In this document: piece by piece, positions 30,601 through 41,599 of the stretch
Layout of the letters: every line of letters starts with the position of its first letter
Position numbering within the stretch: position 1 is the stretch's first letter
Assembly (NCBI GenBank): GCA_963674595.2
Contig: CAXXFV010000008.1
Span: 128,001-192,000 of the forward strand
Length of the DNA stretch: 64,000 nt
From: a bacterium
GTDB taxonomy: Bacteria; Zhuqueibacterota; Zhuqueibacteria; Residuimicrobiales; Krinioviventaceae
Direction of reading: 5' to 3'
The notes under the pieces: generated by a model
Told to the model about the DNA's origin: nothing
Databases searched by the model: none
What the model saw: only the letters and a program-made list of their open reading frames with translations
Made by a program: the position numbers and the translations under genes

Positions 30601-33600
30601 AGTTTGCAGGATTTTTTTCTCTTCATTTGCTTCTTTTGGTAATTTTGATACATCTTTAACATCTATTATTTCATTGTTTTCTAATTTTGTCATCCACCAG
30701 GGGAACAAATTACAGGGAATATTTTGCAGGTTTTGTATTTGAGGTTCAACTCCTTTATTACACCATTCATGTGTATTATCCATATATTTTTTATCATGTT
30801 GAAATTGAAATAAATAACCCCGATCAGCCTGTATAAATGTTGTCATATCACGTAAAGATTGGCTAATCGCTTTATCTATGTTAAATACACCAACAAATCG
30901 GGTTGATGTTTTAGATAAAACAGCTTCTATTTCCAGTCTGTGTTGCAGCGTTTTTTCGTTTTGAATGCGTTCGGTAATGTCTCTTCCGACAGATTGAAAT
31001 TCCAACAACTGTCCATTTTTATCAAGGATAGGCGAATCTATCCAGCTATGCCATCGGGTATTCCCTCGGGAATCAATTATTTGGTGTTCATATTTATTAA
31101 GTGCCGGGTTTTGTGTGAGTTTTTTATAAATTTTAGTTAATGATTTTTTTTTCATTATCGGGAATGAATTGCAGCCATTTTTGCCCTATAATATCTTGTG
31201 CTTTTACTCCAAACATTTCACAATAAGCGTCGTTAACGAATGTCAATGTTGTGTCGGGTAACCACCGGCACACTGCTTCCGGCAGAGAGTCAACCATTGT
31301 TCGATAGCGTCTTTCACTCTGGCGTAATTCATCTTCTGCCTGAGCCCTGGAAATAATGTTACCCAATTGTGATGCCGTAATCTCTAATATTTCACGAGTC
31401 TCCTTTGGTATTTCTTGTATTGTATAAGAACCCAGGTTAACACTGGCAATCAAATCATTATGATAAAAAATCGGGAATAATACAGCAGCGGATAATTCCA
31501 TCAACGATTTAATTTTTGTTTTTTGTAATTCTTTATTGTTCAGATAAAATGGTTTTCCCTTTTCTAATTTGTTTACATGAGCTATTTTATTGTCAAAGTG
31601 TATAATATTTGAAAGAAATTGTTCCGTACAATTTATTGATCTTTCTAATGACATTCTCTTTGACATCTTATCATAGAGATATACTGCTCCGTTATCCATT
31701 TGTCCGATTATTAATAATTGATTCAAACAATAATCAAGCGTGTCGTTTAACCCGTGAATACGAGTCAATCCTGCCATAAATTCATGTTGAGCAAGTAATA
31801 ACTCCTCTGCCTGTTTTTGTAAGGTAATATCATTTAGGATCAGTAATTGAGATTTTATATTATTTATCGTTACGGCAATTGCATTTATTTGCACATCTAT
31901 TATTTTTTTGTCAGGTTTTATAATTTTTAGTAAAAGGTTTTTAGGTTTTTTATTTAGTTGAAAAGATTTATCAAATTTGGCTGTAAACAGTTTTTCATAA
32001 TCCGGATGAATAAATTTTTCAAATTTTTGATTTACGGCCTGTTCTGCATTTTTTGTTCCAAGTAATTCTACAGCAGTATGATTTAAATAGCTGATAACAT
32101 TTTTCGTTACGACAACTATAGGAACAATTGCATTTTCAACCAAAGCTTTATAGCGTTTTTCACTTTCATACAGTTCATTTTCAATTTTTTTTCTGTCAGT
32201 AATATCACGGGCAACACCGATAATACCTGTGATTGTACCATCTTCTATAACCGGTGAAGCTTTTACTTCCCCTATTTTTATTGATCCGTCTTTGGCTTTA
32301 AAATGTATTTCCGAAAGGACGTCTCCTTGTCCTGAAAAAATTGCCCGAAGGTCTGTCAGGGCTTTGAATAAAGATTGTTTTGATAATAGATCCATTTTTG
32401 TGAATGGCTTCCCTATCAATTCTTTCGGTTTATAATCTAATATTTTTTCAACAGAAGGAGAAACACTGGTAATTTGTAATTTACGATTAAACGTATAAAT
32501 TACATCCTGCACATTGGCAAAATGTTGTTGAAATTTTTCTTCAGATTTTTTGTATTTTTCTTCGGATTGTTTTTGAGTTGTGATGTCCCTCATAGTAAGA
32601 ATGATTCCGTTTATTTCGGGTTCGTTTAGTTTATCATCACATAATGTTTCAACCTCAATCCAATGACCTTTCTTATGCTGTAAGGAAAATACAACAGGGC
32701 TTGATGAGTTGGCCCCGTTAGATGTTTTTTTAATTTCTTTAATTATCGAATTTCTTTTTTCGCGATTTACCAATTCTGTGAAATTTTTTCCAATCAAGTC
32801 ATTTTCAGAATATCCCAAAATATTTTCACAGGAAGGTGATACAAATAAAATATTCAAATCCAAATCAATGACACATACTATTTCTGCAAGATGTTGTAAT
32901 ATAGAATGATATTTTTTTTCACTGTCTTGCAGTTTTTGACTGTTTGTTTTTTTTGCAAGTGCGTTGGAAAAGATTTGACACGCTAATTGTAATAATAATT
33001 CATCGTTATTAGACCAGTTGTGGTTTTTTTCTTTTGAAATAAATCCTGCTACGCCCAAAATTTTCTTTTGATCTAACAATGCAATGCCCGACATTGCGCC
33101 AATATTTAATTTAGATAAATACTTTTTGTCCGGCAGTGAAGAAATATCTTCCACCGAATTGAATTTGATATTATTTTTATTAAAAATTTGATCCATAAAC
33201 CAGGGCAAATTTTGCGGAGAAAAGTTCAGGTTTTCTCTTATTAAATTGTTTTTAGAGTCATACTTGTATAATCGTAGTGTGAATTGATCATTCGAATCAT
33301 TAAACAATGCTAAAAATCCAAAATCAGTTTTTGCAAATTTTGCTATATGCCCCAGACTGGATTCAATCATATTATCAATTGATTCTACCGGTAGTTTGAT
33401 AAATTGGGTGGAAATTGTAGAAATAATATCTCGAAGTTTATCCCTCTCTTCAATTTCTTGCAGGTATCTTTTTCTTTCTGTAATATCATGATAGATGATC
33501 ATGGCACAGTTTTCGTTTTCAAAGACAACCTCTGTCATGGATATCAATAAGGTTCTTGTGTCTGTATTATTTAAAGAACAGTTTAATTCAAAGTTGTGTA

Positions 33601-34447
33601 ATTCGCCTGCTTTTTCATAGTTTTTAAAAATTTTTGTACATTCATTTTCTGAACATAAAAGACCATGTAATGATTTACCGATCAGTTCATCGCTAGAGTA
33701 GCCCGAAAGCTTTTCAAATCCTTTGTTTATTTCCAGAATTGTTAAATCTTTAGGTCTGCATATCGCAATGGCATCAGGAGAATTTTGAAATACGTGTGAA
33801 AATTTTTTTTCTGATTTGGATAATTCGTTATTCGTTTTTTCTTGTAGTATGGTCAGGTATGCCCTTTGCGTTAACCTTTGGACCATTTGGTCTAAAGAAT
33901 TTGCAATGATTTTAAACTTATCTGTAGAAATTACCGGGATTTCACCCCACATTTGTTCATATTTGTTTGAAGGTTGGCTAAAATGCTTTAAATTTGAAAA
34001 CTGTTCCAACGTAAGCTGCGGACTTTTTACCGGTCCCAGATACCAGGCAGCCACACATTTTCCAAGAATATTAAAACAAGAGTAGGAATAGTATAAAGAA
34101 TCGTTTTCTATTATTTTTATACCTGTCTCGGTTGGTAAATTTTTAGAGTCTGCTTGTGAATGAATGAAATTAATAAAAGCATCCAGAACATCAGAGTTAT
34201 TATTGTTTTTTTTGTCGATATCTCCCGATGCTTTAAAAACATCCTCCTCTTGAGTCAGGATAAACGAAGGGATTCCTGTTGATGTGGCAAACGCTTGCAG
34301 GAAATTTTGGGCTTCAGAAACATGGAAAAATGTTTTAAAGGATATATCTTTTTCTGAAAATAGATGCTTTCCAAAATCGGTATTTGAATGAATTTTATTT
34401 TTTTCTGAATGGCTCAGATGTTTGTTTGAAATATGATTGTTGTTCAT
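27691..34447 (-). CDS. Giant PocR-like/PAS/GAF sensor histidine kinase (~2250 aa) split by one frameshift at 31144-31152
   Basis: ORFs 31133-34447 and 27691-31155 break inside one PAS domain; removing one A from A9 gives WLQFIPDNEKKSLTKIYKKLTQNP...GRDITER; C-terminal SHEINQPL, NLITNS, DNGPG, FDPFFTTK, GMGLGL. Confidence 0.85.
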
Positions 34448-34523
34448 AAAAGCCTTTATATTTCAACAGGTATTTTAATTATAAACTCTAATATATGATG
34501 AATTTATTTCCAAAATTTTCTAA

Positions 34524-35320
34524 TTACTTGTTTGATAATGAATTGTAGTGTTTTATGAGAACTTTGGCATATCGTTCTCCTAATGTCCTGGCTGATTTAT
34601 TATTAAAATGAATGCCGTCGCTCATTGCTGTCAGGCTGTCTGTTTCAACAATTAGTATATTGTCCAACTGTTCCGGAATTTCCCGGATAGATTTATTTAT
34701 TGTATCGGCATAAGTCCGTTTTTCTATAAAAAATTCCGGTAAGGTGTGCCCATTATAAAGGGTACATTATCAGCATTTAGATCCTGACGTATGGTTTTTA
34801 TTAATGTGATTAGCTTCTCTTTATAGTATGGCGCTTTCTCTTCATGGCTGTCTGATTCTCCCTGATGCCAGAGAATGGCTTGCAATTTTCCTGATTTTTG
34901 GGCGATGCGGGCCCTTTTTATGGCATTATCATAGGGATGGCTGTTTGTCTGATCATGAAATTCACCTTGTTTCCACCGGTCTATGGATGAACCACCTGCG
35001 GCGCAAGGCACCAGGCCAATTTTTGAATGTTGATTTTGTGCGGCCATTATTTTGGCAAATGTTAATCCCGGCCCTACACCGGCAATCGGTTTGTCAAAAT
35101 GTAATGGGTCTTTTGCCGGTACCCATTGGTTTTCTTTATTTAGCATAACTATTCCGGGGATGGCTGTTGTATCCTGTTGTTCAATATGTCCTCGCCCTGC
35201 CATATTGGATTGACCAATAAGAAGATAGATGTCAAATTGTTCTTTTGTTTGTTGTGAGCAGAAAACAAAAATCAATAACAAAGAAAGAACAACAAACTGT
35301 TTGACTTTTAGTTGTCGCAA
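34524..35320 (-). pseudogene. Sialate O-acetylesterase / CE6-like SGNH esterase lipoprotein, frameshifted near 34743-34748
   Basis: GQSNMAGRG and WHQGESD in the first frame; the catalytic DGIHF and C-terminus (LPEFF...DGIHFNNKSARTLGERYA) lie in another frame ending at 34524; may be an intact gene with an assembly error. Confidence 0.8.
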
Positions 35321-35800
35321 AATAGCCTCCGTGTTTTTGAAAAATGTTCGGATGAATCTAATTATTTAAGTTCAAGAATAATTAAATTCCTAAACGTATC
35401 AACATTTAAGAGGTTTGCGTTGTTTTTTGTTTATTCCTGTGAGTGCCGTTTTTAATCCGTCAAATTGCGAGGCCGTGTGAGGGGGCCTTACTTGCAGATA
35501 TTTGAGGAAATGCTGAAGATTCTCAAGATGCTTTTAATGAATTGTGTTTCAATTGTCTAATTATAATTAATGTATTTTAGAAAGGCAAGAAAAACGTTTA
35601 GAAAATGTGATTAAAATTAAATTTTATGTCTTAATTTACGTATTTAACCCTAAATTTTTACTTTATATATTGCGAAATTGACGATATGAAATTAATTTAC
35701 AATTGAGACCATTACTGCGGTTCCCATCTTTACCCTCTCCTGCTATCTCCTTTCTTATGGACCCAATAATTAACCGGGATTTTAACAAAGGAGGCGTGTC

Positions 35801-36253
35801 ATGGAAAATCTTTTTACTGTTTTAAAAAATCTTCAATTTTTTCAGAGCCTGAAATATGAATATATTGAGCTGCTGGTAAGCTGTGCAAAGAATGTCCGCT
35901 TTCGAGAAAATGAATTTATATTTCATCACGGTGAGAGTGCAGACTCTTTTTATATTATTCGTGAAGGCATTGTTGCTTTGTGTTTACCGGATTCCGGCGA
36001 GATTCCCCTTACAATTCAGACTTTGGATGACGGTGATGTTCTTGGATGGTCTTGGTTGTTTCCACCATACTTTTGGCATTTTGATGCTTATGCAGAAGTA
36101 GACACACGGGCCATTAGCCTGGATGGTAAATGTCTGCGACAAAAGTGTGAAGAGAACCATGAACTCGGTTATGAGTTGATGAAACGTTTTTCTCTCATTG
36201 TCGATCACAGACTTGAAGCTACCCGTCTGCAATTGGCTGATGTTTATAAATAG
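35801..36253 (+). CDS. Stand-alone cyclic nucleotide-binding domain protein
   Basis: FIFHHGESADSFYIIREG, GDVLGWSWL; no HTH; GGAGG RBS. Confidence 0.85.
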   Translation: MENLFTVLKNLQFFQSLKYEYIELLVSCAKNVRFRENEFIFHHGESADSFYIIREGIVALCLPDSGEIPLTIQTLDDGDVLGWSWLFPPYFWHFDAYAEVDTRAISLDGKCLRQKCEENHELGYELMKRFSLIVDHRLEATRLQLADVYK

Positions 36254-36293
36254 GTCTGAAAAAAATAGTATAAACAGGTAGTATAGAAAATTA

Positions 36294-37229
36294 TTACAAC
36301 TCTGTATTGTTTGCGCTTTGCTCTGTAATGAATTTTTCTATGTCCGTATAATACGGTGCTGAAGGTTGTGCTCCGGCTTTAGTAACGGACAATGCTGCAG
36401 CGGCATTGGCAAACCGGATAGATGATAATAGATTTTTATCTTTAACCAATGCAACTGCCAACGCGCCGTTAAATACATCTCCGGCGGCTGTGGTGTCTAT
36501 TGCTTTAACTTTGTACGCCGGAATTTTTATTATTTCCTTATTTATTTCGACCCATGCGCCGTTTGCTCCGTGGGTTATAATGGAATTTGCGACTCCTTTG
36601 TCTTTGAGTGCCTTTAGCATGTTCTTTGGAGAATCATGGATATCCAAATCCGTTAATTGTGCGGCTTCAATGTGGTTTGGCGTCAAATAGGTTATTTTTT
36701 GTAACAAGCTGTCCGGTAATTTTTGGTATGGGGCCGGATTAAGTATTACAGGAATTTTTTCCGAAAAAGCAATATCAACGGCCGCCTGAACTGTTTCCAG
36801 CGGTATTTCGAGCTGTAACAGAATGATGTCTGCCTGCGTAATTATTTCTTTGTTTTTATAAATGTCATCCGGTGCAAGTTTAAAATTTGCACCGGAGGCA
36901 ACACCAATAGAGTTTTCAGCATTTGCATCGACAAAAATAAATGCAATCCCCGAAGCTGATTCGTTTTCAATTTTAATATATCGGGTTTCAATGCCTTCCT
37001 TCCTGTAATGTTCAAGCGCCTGATGTCCAAATGAATCATTACCAACACAGGTGAAAAAAGTTACATGCCCACCGGCCCGGGCTGCTGCCACAGCCTGGTT
37101 TGCGCCTTTACCGCCATGTGCCTGTGAAAATTTGCCACCGGTAACTGTTTCTCCGGGTTGTGGAATATGGGTCAGATTGAGGACCATATCCGTATTGGAA
37201 CTGCCGATGACTGTTATTTGAGAGGGCAT
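36294..37229 (-). CDS. rbsK: Ribokinase
   Basis: GSSNTD, GGKGANQAVAAAR, LQLEIP, LNPAP, TPN..E, DTTAAGDVFNG. Confidence 0.93.
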   Translation of the reverse strand: MPSQITVIGSSNTDMVLNLTHIPQPGETVTGGKFSQAHGGKGANQAVAAARAGGHVTFFTCVGNDSFGHQALEHYRKEGIETRYIKIENESASGIAFIFVDANAENSIGVASGANFKLAPDDIYKNKEIITQADIILLQLEIPLETVQAAVDIAFSEKIPVILNPAPYQKLPDSLLQKITYLTPNHIEAAQLTDLDIHDSPKNMLKALKDKGVANSIITHGANGAWVEINKEIIKIPAYKVKAIDTTAAGDVFNGALAVALVKDKNLLSSIRFANAAAALSVTKAGAQPSAPYYTDIEKFITEQSANNTEL

Positions 37230-37255
37230 TGAATCTCCTTGTTTTTGAGAATATT

Positions 37256-38542
37256 TTAAAAGCGTGTTTGAAATCCGGTTCCGCCGTCATGAATCAAAAT
37301 GGAAATAAATGAAGCTATGCCAAGTATGATAATAAAAATTATTAAAAGTATACTCCATTTTTTCCAATTATCCGGATGACCGATAAAAAAAGGTCCTGAT
37401 TTTTTCTGTCTTGAGAAAAAATACAGTAAAAAACTGATAAAAACAACAAACCAGTAAAAATAATGTTCAATTTGTATCCTTTGTGAGGGAAGGAAAAATC
37501 CCTTTTTAATATGACCGAACATGAGATAGGTGAATGTGCAGGCAGATAACATAAAGACTGCAATGCTGTTTTTTGTGTTTTCTATTTTAAAATTTGATTT
37601 TGTCCAAATAATTAAAACAATCATAGTTATTAATATTACCAGCATCCAGCTAACGGCTGTTATAAAATCGGCATAAATTTGCGGTTCATCAAGCCCGGCT
37701 TTTTGTGCCATTTGCAAAAACTCTTTATAATGGAATGCATGCAAAATATTAACAATTGGAATGACTAAAAATATAAACACAAGGGCAAATTTATTTGCCT
37801 GTTGTGAGGGCTGTCTGCTTTCCGGCCATTCTCTGGAGAAAACTCCATAAGCAAGGCCGATGCCTCCAAAAAATCCCACACTGAACTCCATAACATTCCA
37901 CCAATTGATTAAAGAGCCGCCCGTATAACCAAGGGTTTGTAAAAAGTTACCAAATCCAAAGCCGAATCCGGCACCGAGGGCCGAATAACCGGCTGTTGCC
38001 AGAGAGCGTGTATATCCATTTCGTTTTAGAAACCATGTCAGAGCAGCCGCCGCGCCAACACATGCCGCCCATAATTCGGAGCGGGGTGGTGTCATTTTCC
38101 ATTCAAATTGATAGATTAAAATTCCCCATGCCAAAACACCGCCTGCAATCATCTCCGTCAATAATTTAGGCCAGTCAGGTTTATATTCTTCAGTGGATTC
38201 CAATGTTAAACCGAGAAGCCCGCCGCCGATAAAACCATATAATCCTCCGATAACAGCCAACATGGACAAGCCGTAAAGAACATTACCAAAATCCGGTGCG
38301 CGCCCCATTCCCACGATTAAACCATAACTCATCATGCCACCGACACCCCAGCCGATTGCGGTCATTGCAGTAATTGTCGGCAGACGTTTTAACCAGTCTA
38401 TACGACCGGCTGCCACAAGAACGGCCAATCCGGCCATTGCTCCGGCCCAGGAAGCTCCCCATTCATGTCCAAAATGCCCCCGAATGGCCCAGCCAAGGCC
38501 GAGTATCAGCGCAACAAATAATATTGCAGTTGTTTTTTTCAT
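37256..38542 (-). CDS. Gly-rich multi-pass membrane protein of unknown function
   Basis: Many hydrophobic helices; start MKKTT at 38542 after GAGGGAG; 26 bp upstream of rbsK. Confidence 0.75.
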   Translation of the reverse strand: MKKTTAILFVALILGLGWAIRGHFGHEWGASWAGAMAGLAVLVAAGRIDWLKRLPTITAMTAIGWGVGGMMSYGLIVGMGRAPDFGNVLYGLSMLAVIGGLYGFIGGGLLGLTLESTEEYKPDWPKLLTEMIAGGVLAWGILIYQFEWKMTPPRSELWAACVGAAAALTWFLKRNGYTRSLATAGYSALGAGFGFGFGNFLQTLGYTGGSLINWWNVMEFSVGFFGGIGLAYGVFSREWPESRQPSQQANKFALVFIFLVIPIVNILHAFHYKEFLQMAQKAGLDEPQIYADFITAVSWMLVILITMIVLIIWTKSNFKIENTKNSIAVFMLSACTFTYLMFGHIKKGFFLPSQRIQIEHYFYWFVVFISFLLYFFSRQKKSGPFFIGHPDNWKKWSILLIIFIIILGIASFISILIHDGGTGFQTRF

Positions 38543-38711
38543 GGTCTCCCTCACATGCATAGTTTTTAAAAACGCACGCTGTTTATTTTATAAGCGTAAG
38601 AATAACTGTTTGAAAAATCAAGGCAAATTGTGAAAAAAATATAAATGTGTATCAAAATGGAATAGAGTTTTATTTTTGGTGGTTGTTAAGTGAAATATTT
38701 TGGGAGTAAAC

Positions 38712-40451
38712 ATGAAAAACGATTATATAACTGTACGAATTGCCGGTGAGTCCGGGGAAGGTATTGTCTCTTTAGGTGAAATATTAAGCCGTTTGTTTCA
38801 ACAAAAGGGAAAAACCGTTATGACATTTCGGACCTATCCGGCTGAGATAAAAGGAGGGGCCTGTCAGTTTCAATTGCGACTGGCAAATCGTTCTTTATTT
38901 ACTCCCGGTGAAGACCCGGATGTATTGGTCTGTTTTGATGAAAAAAGTTATTTTAAATATGCTATGAAAAAAAAACAAGGGGATCCTTTTATATAATTCA
39001 GATGATACATCCCCAGAAGATAATAATTATAACGCGGTAATAGGAATTCCGTTTAAACAATTGACCGGACCTTCCCGTTTCGATTTTCCGCTTAAAAATA
39101 TGGTCGCCCTGGGTGTGCTTGGTTGTCTTTTTAAACTGGAGGAAAAACAACTAACAGACTTTGTTTCAAGCTGGTTTGCGAAAAAGGACAGGGAAACGGT
39201 CCTGAGAAATATTGAGGCTGTAAAAGCCGGATTTGTTTATTGTAAAAGTTATTATGATACTGTTTTTTCAACTTTAGAAACAAAACCGGAAAAAGACACC
39301 GTCTTTTTATCCGGGAACCAGATGCTGGCGCTGGGAGCAATACATGCCGGGGTGCCGGTTTTTTAACCGGGTATCCTATTACACCGGCATCAAATATTTT
39401 GCAGTATATGTTAAAGGAACTGCCTAAATTTGGCGGTAAGGCCCTGCAAACAGAGGATGAAATTTCTGCCGTTGGCGCGGCTATTGGTGCGTCATATGCG
39501 GGGGTTAAAGCTATGACAGCGACGTCCGGTCCCGGATTTTCATTAATGCAGGAAATGCTTGGACTGGCAGCTATGGCCGAAATACCTCTGGTTGTGGTGG
39601 ACGCACAGCGTGCAGGGCCCAGTACGGGAATGCCGACCAAGATGGAACAGGGGGACCTGTTGACCGCTGTTTACGGCTCTCACGGTGAAGGGCCAAGAGT
39701 TGTTTTTGCGCCCGCCACTGTGCAGGATAGTTTTACTTTAATCGTTAGCGCTTTTAATATTTCCGAAGCATTACGGCTGCCGGTTGTGGTTTTAACGGAT
39801 TTAATTCTGGCGCAGCGGACGGAAAGTGTTGATGTTTCGTTATTTAAAAATGAAAAAGTGATAAATCGGGCACAATATACTTTATCAGATGGTGATTTTT
39901 CTCCCTTTCCTTTTGAATATAAAAACCGGCAGTATATTCCACTGCCCGGCCGGGAAACTGATATTTATACGGCAACAGGACTTGAACACGACGAGAACGG
40001 GTATCCGAGTTATGAACCGGATGTTCATTTAAAAATGGCAACCAAACGGCATAAAAAATTAGATTTGGCATTTGAATATGAAACGGGGTACGACAACTAT
40101 AATGCCGGTGTAAAAAATAAAATCGGCATTATCAGTTGGGGTTCGACACATGGACCTGTTATGGAAGCATTACAGCATTTTGAAAACAGCATTCCATACA
40201 TGTCCATTAAAATGCTGAATCCGCTTCCGGTTACAGCCATTCAACAATTTTGTGATAAAGTGGATATTGTGGTTGTGCCGGAACATAACTATTCCGGACA
40301 GTTGGCTTTATTGTTAAAAAGTATTGTGAAAAACAGGATTGTTCGGATCAATAAATTACAGGGATTGCCTTTTTATAAAAATGAATTAATTGAAAAATTA
40401 AACCTTTTACTGGAACAAAAAAGTGGACCAATTGAAAAAATACAATTCTGA
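38712..40451 (+). pseudogene. korA: 2-oxoacid:ferredoxin oxidoreductase alpha subunit (fused gamma-alpha), interrupted at two sites
   Basis: AGESGEG, YPAEIKGG, NMVALG, LSGN, GYPITPAS, EDEISA, TATSGPG, QRAGPSTGMPTK spread over three frames; breaks at A9 38967-38975 and G4/T6 39349-39364. Confidence 0.85.
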
Positions 40452-41262
40452 TAAAAAACCGATTTGGTGCCCCCGCTGCGGGGATTATGGTTTTTTATCT
40501 GCTTTAATAAAAACTTTTGAAGAATTGAATATACCGCCCCATGAAACAGTTCTTGTTTCCGGCATTGGTTGTTCCGGTCGTACGCCTGCCTTTATCCGTA
40601 CCTTTGGCTTTCATACGGCTCATGGGCGTGTGCTTCCCGTTGCCACCGGCGTAAAACTGGCAAACCCAAAACTTAATGTTATCGGCATCAGCGGTGATGG
40701 TGACGGCCTGGCAATCGGTATGGGACATTTTCCACATGCTGTTCGCCGTAATGTGAATATGGTATATTTTATCTTGGATAATTCAATTTACGGCCTGACA
40801 AAAGGACAATCTTCGCCTACAACATTTCCCGGACAGATCACCAAAACCAATCCCTATGATACGGATGGCGGTGTTATTGACCCTGTCACTATTGCATTGG
40901 CATCCGGAGCTGGTTTTGTCGCCCGGTTGTACAGCGCAAAAATAAAACAGATGCTGGAAATTATACCAAAAGCCCTTAATTACAATGGATTTGCCCTTGT
41001 ACATGTTATCAGTCCGTGCAGCGTTTTTAATGATACCTATTCTCATTTTAACAATCTGGTGAAAGCTGTCCCTGATGACTATGAGCCGGTTGACAAATTT
41101 GAAGCCATGAAACTGGCTGCGTCAACAGATCCGGTTTATACCGGCATTTTTTATCAGGAAGAAAAATCAACGTTGGATGACAGGATGGAAAAAGTGATAC
41201 AAGAAAAATTTGATGAAAAGCTGGATATTATTGATTTGGCGCGGCAATGGAGCAGGCAATAA
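40423..41262 (+). CDS. korB: 2-oxoacid:ferredoxin oxidoreductase beta subunit
   Basis: WCPRCGD, SGIGCS, HGR, GDGD TPP motif, DNSIYGLTKGQSSPT, SPC. Confidence 0.93.
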   Translation: MDQLKKYNSDKKPIWCPRCGDYGFLSALIKTFEELNIPPHETVLVSGIGCSGRTPAFIRTFGFHTAHGRVLPVATGVKLANPKLNVIGISGDGDGLAIGMGHFPHAVRRNVNMVYFILDNSIYGLTKGQSSPTTFPGQITKTNPYDTDGGVIDPVTIALASGAGFVARLYSAKIKQMLEIIPKALNYNGFALVHVISPCSVFNDTYSHFNNLVKAVPDDYEPVDKFEAMKLAASTDPVYTGIFYQEEKSTLDDRMEKVIQEKFDEKLDIIDLARQWSRQ

Positions 41263-41264
41263 AA

Positions 41265-41561
41265 CTATTCTTCTTTTTTAGAGAAAAAGTCGTTATTAAT
41301 TTGGATAAAATGTTGCCATTTTTCAGGGACTTCCCGGTCCAGAAAAATAGCATCAACCGGACAGACATAAACACAGGCAACACAATCAATACATTCGTCC
41401 GGATCGATGTATAATTGTTTACCTTCAAGGTCTGTCATGCCCTCCAATTCTTTTGCCTTACCTTTTGGATCAATCGGTCCATGAATACATTCAACCGGAC
41501 AGACTGGTATACAGGCTCCGTCACAAACACCGATGCAAGGTTCAGCAATAATATAGGGCAT
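41265..41561 (-). CDS. Dicluster ferredoxin (FdxA-like)
   Basis: CIGVCDGACIPVCP and CIDCVACVYVCPVDAI; AAGGAG RBS. Confidence 0.9.
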   Translation of the reverse strand: MPYIIAEPCIGVCDGACIPVCPVECIHGPIDPKGKAKELEGMTDLEGKQLYIDPDECIDCVACVYVCPVDAIFLDREVPEKWQHFIQINNDFFSKKEE

Positions 41562-41599
41562 TGATTTTTCTCCTTATTTCATTTTGAATAGTTGCTGTT

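Noticed and set aside
31133-39366. Stop-codon recoding (Sec/Pyl or alternative code) as the cause of split genes
   Set aside because: The continuations lie in different frames and the stops are TAA/TAG; indels explain them
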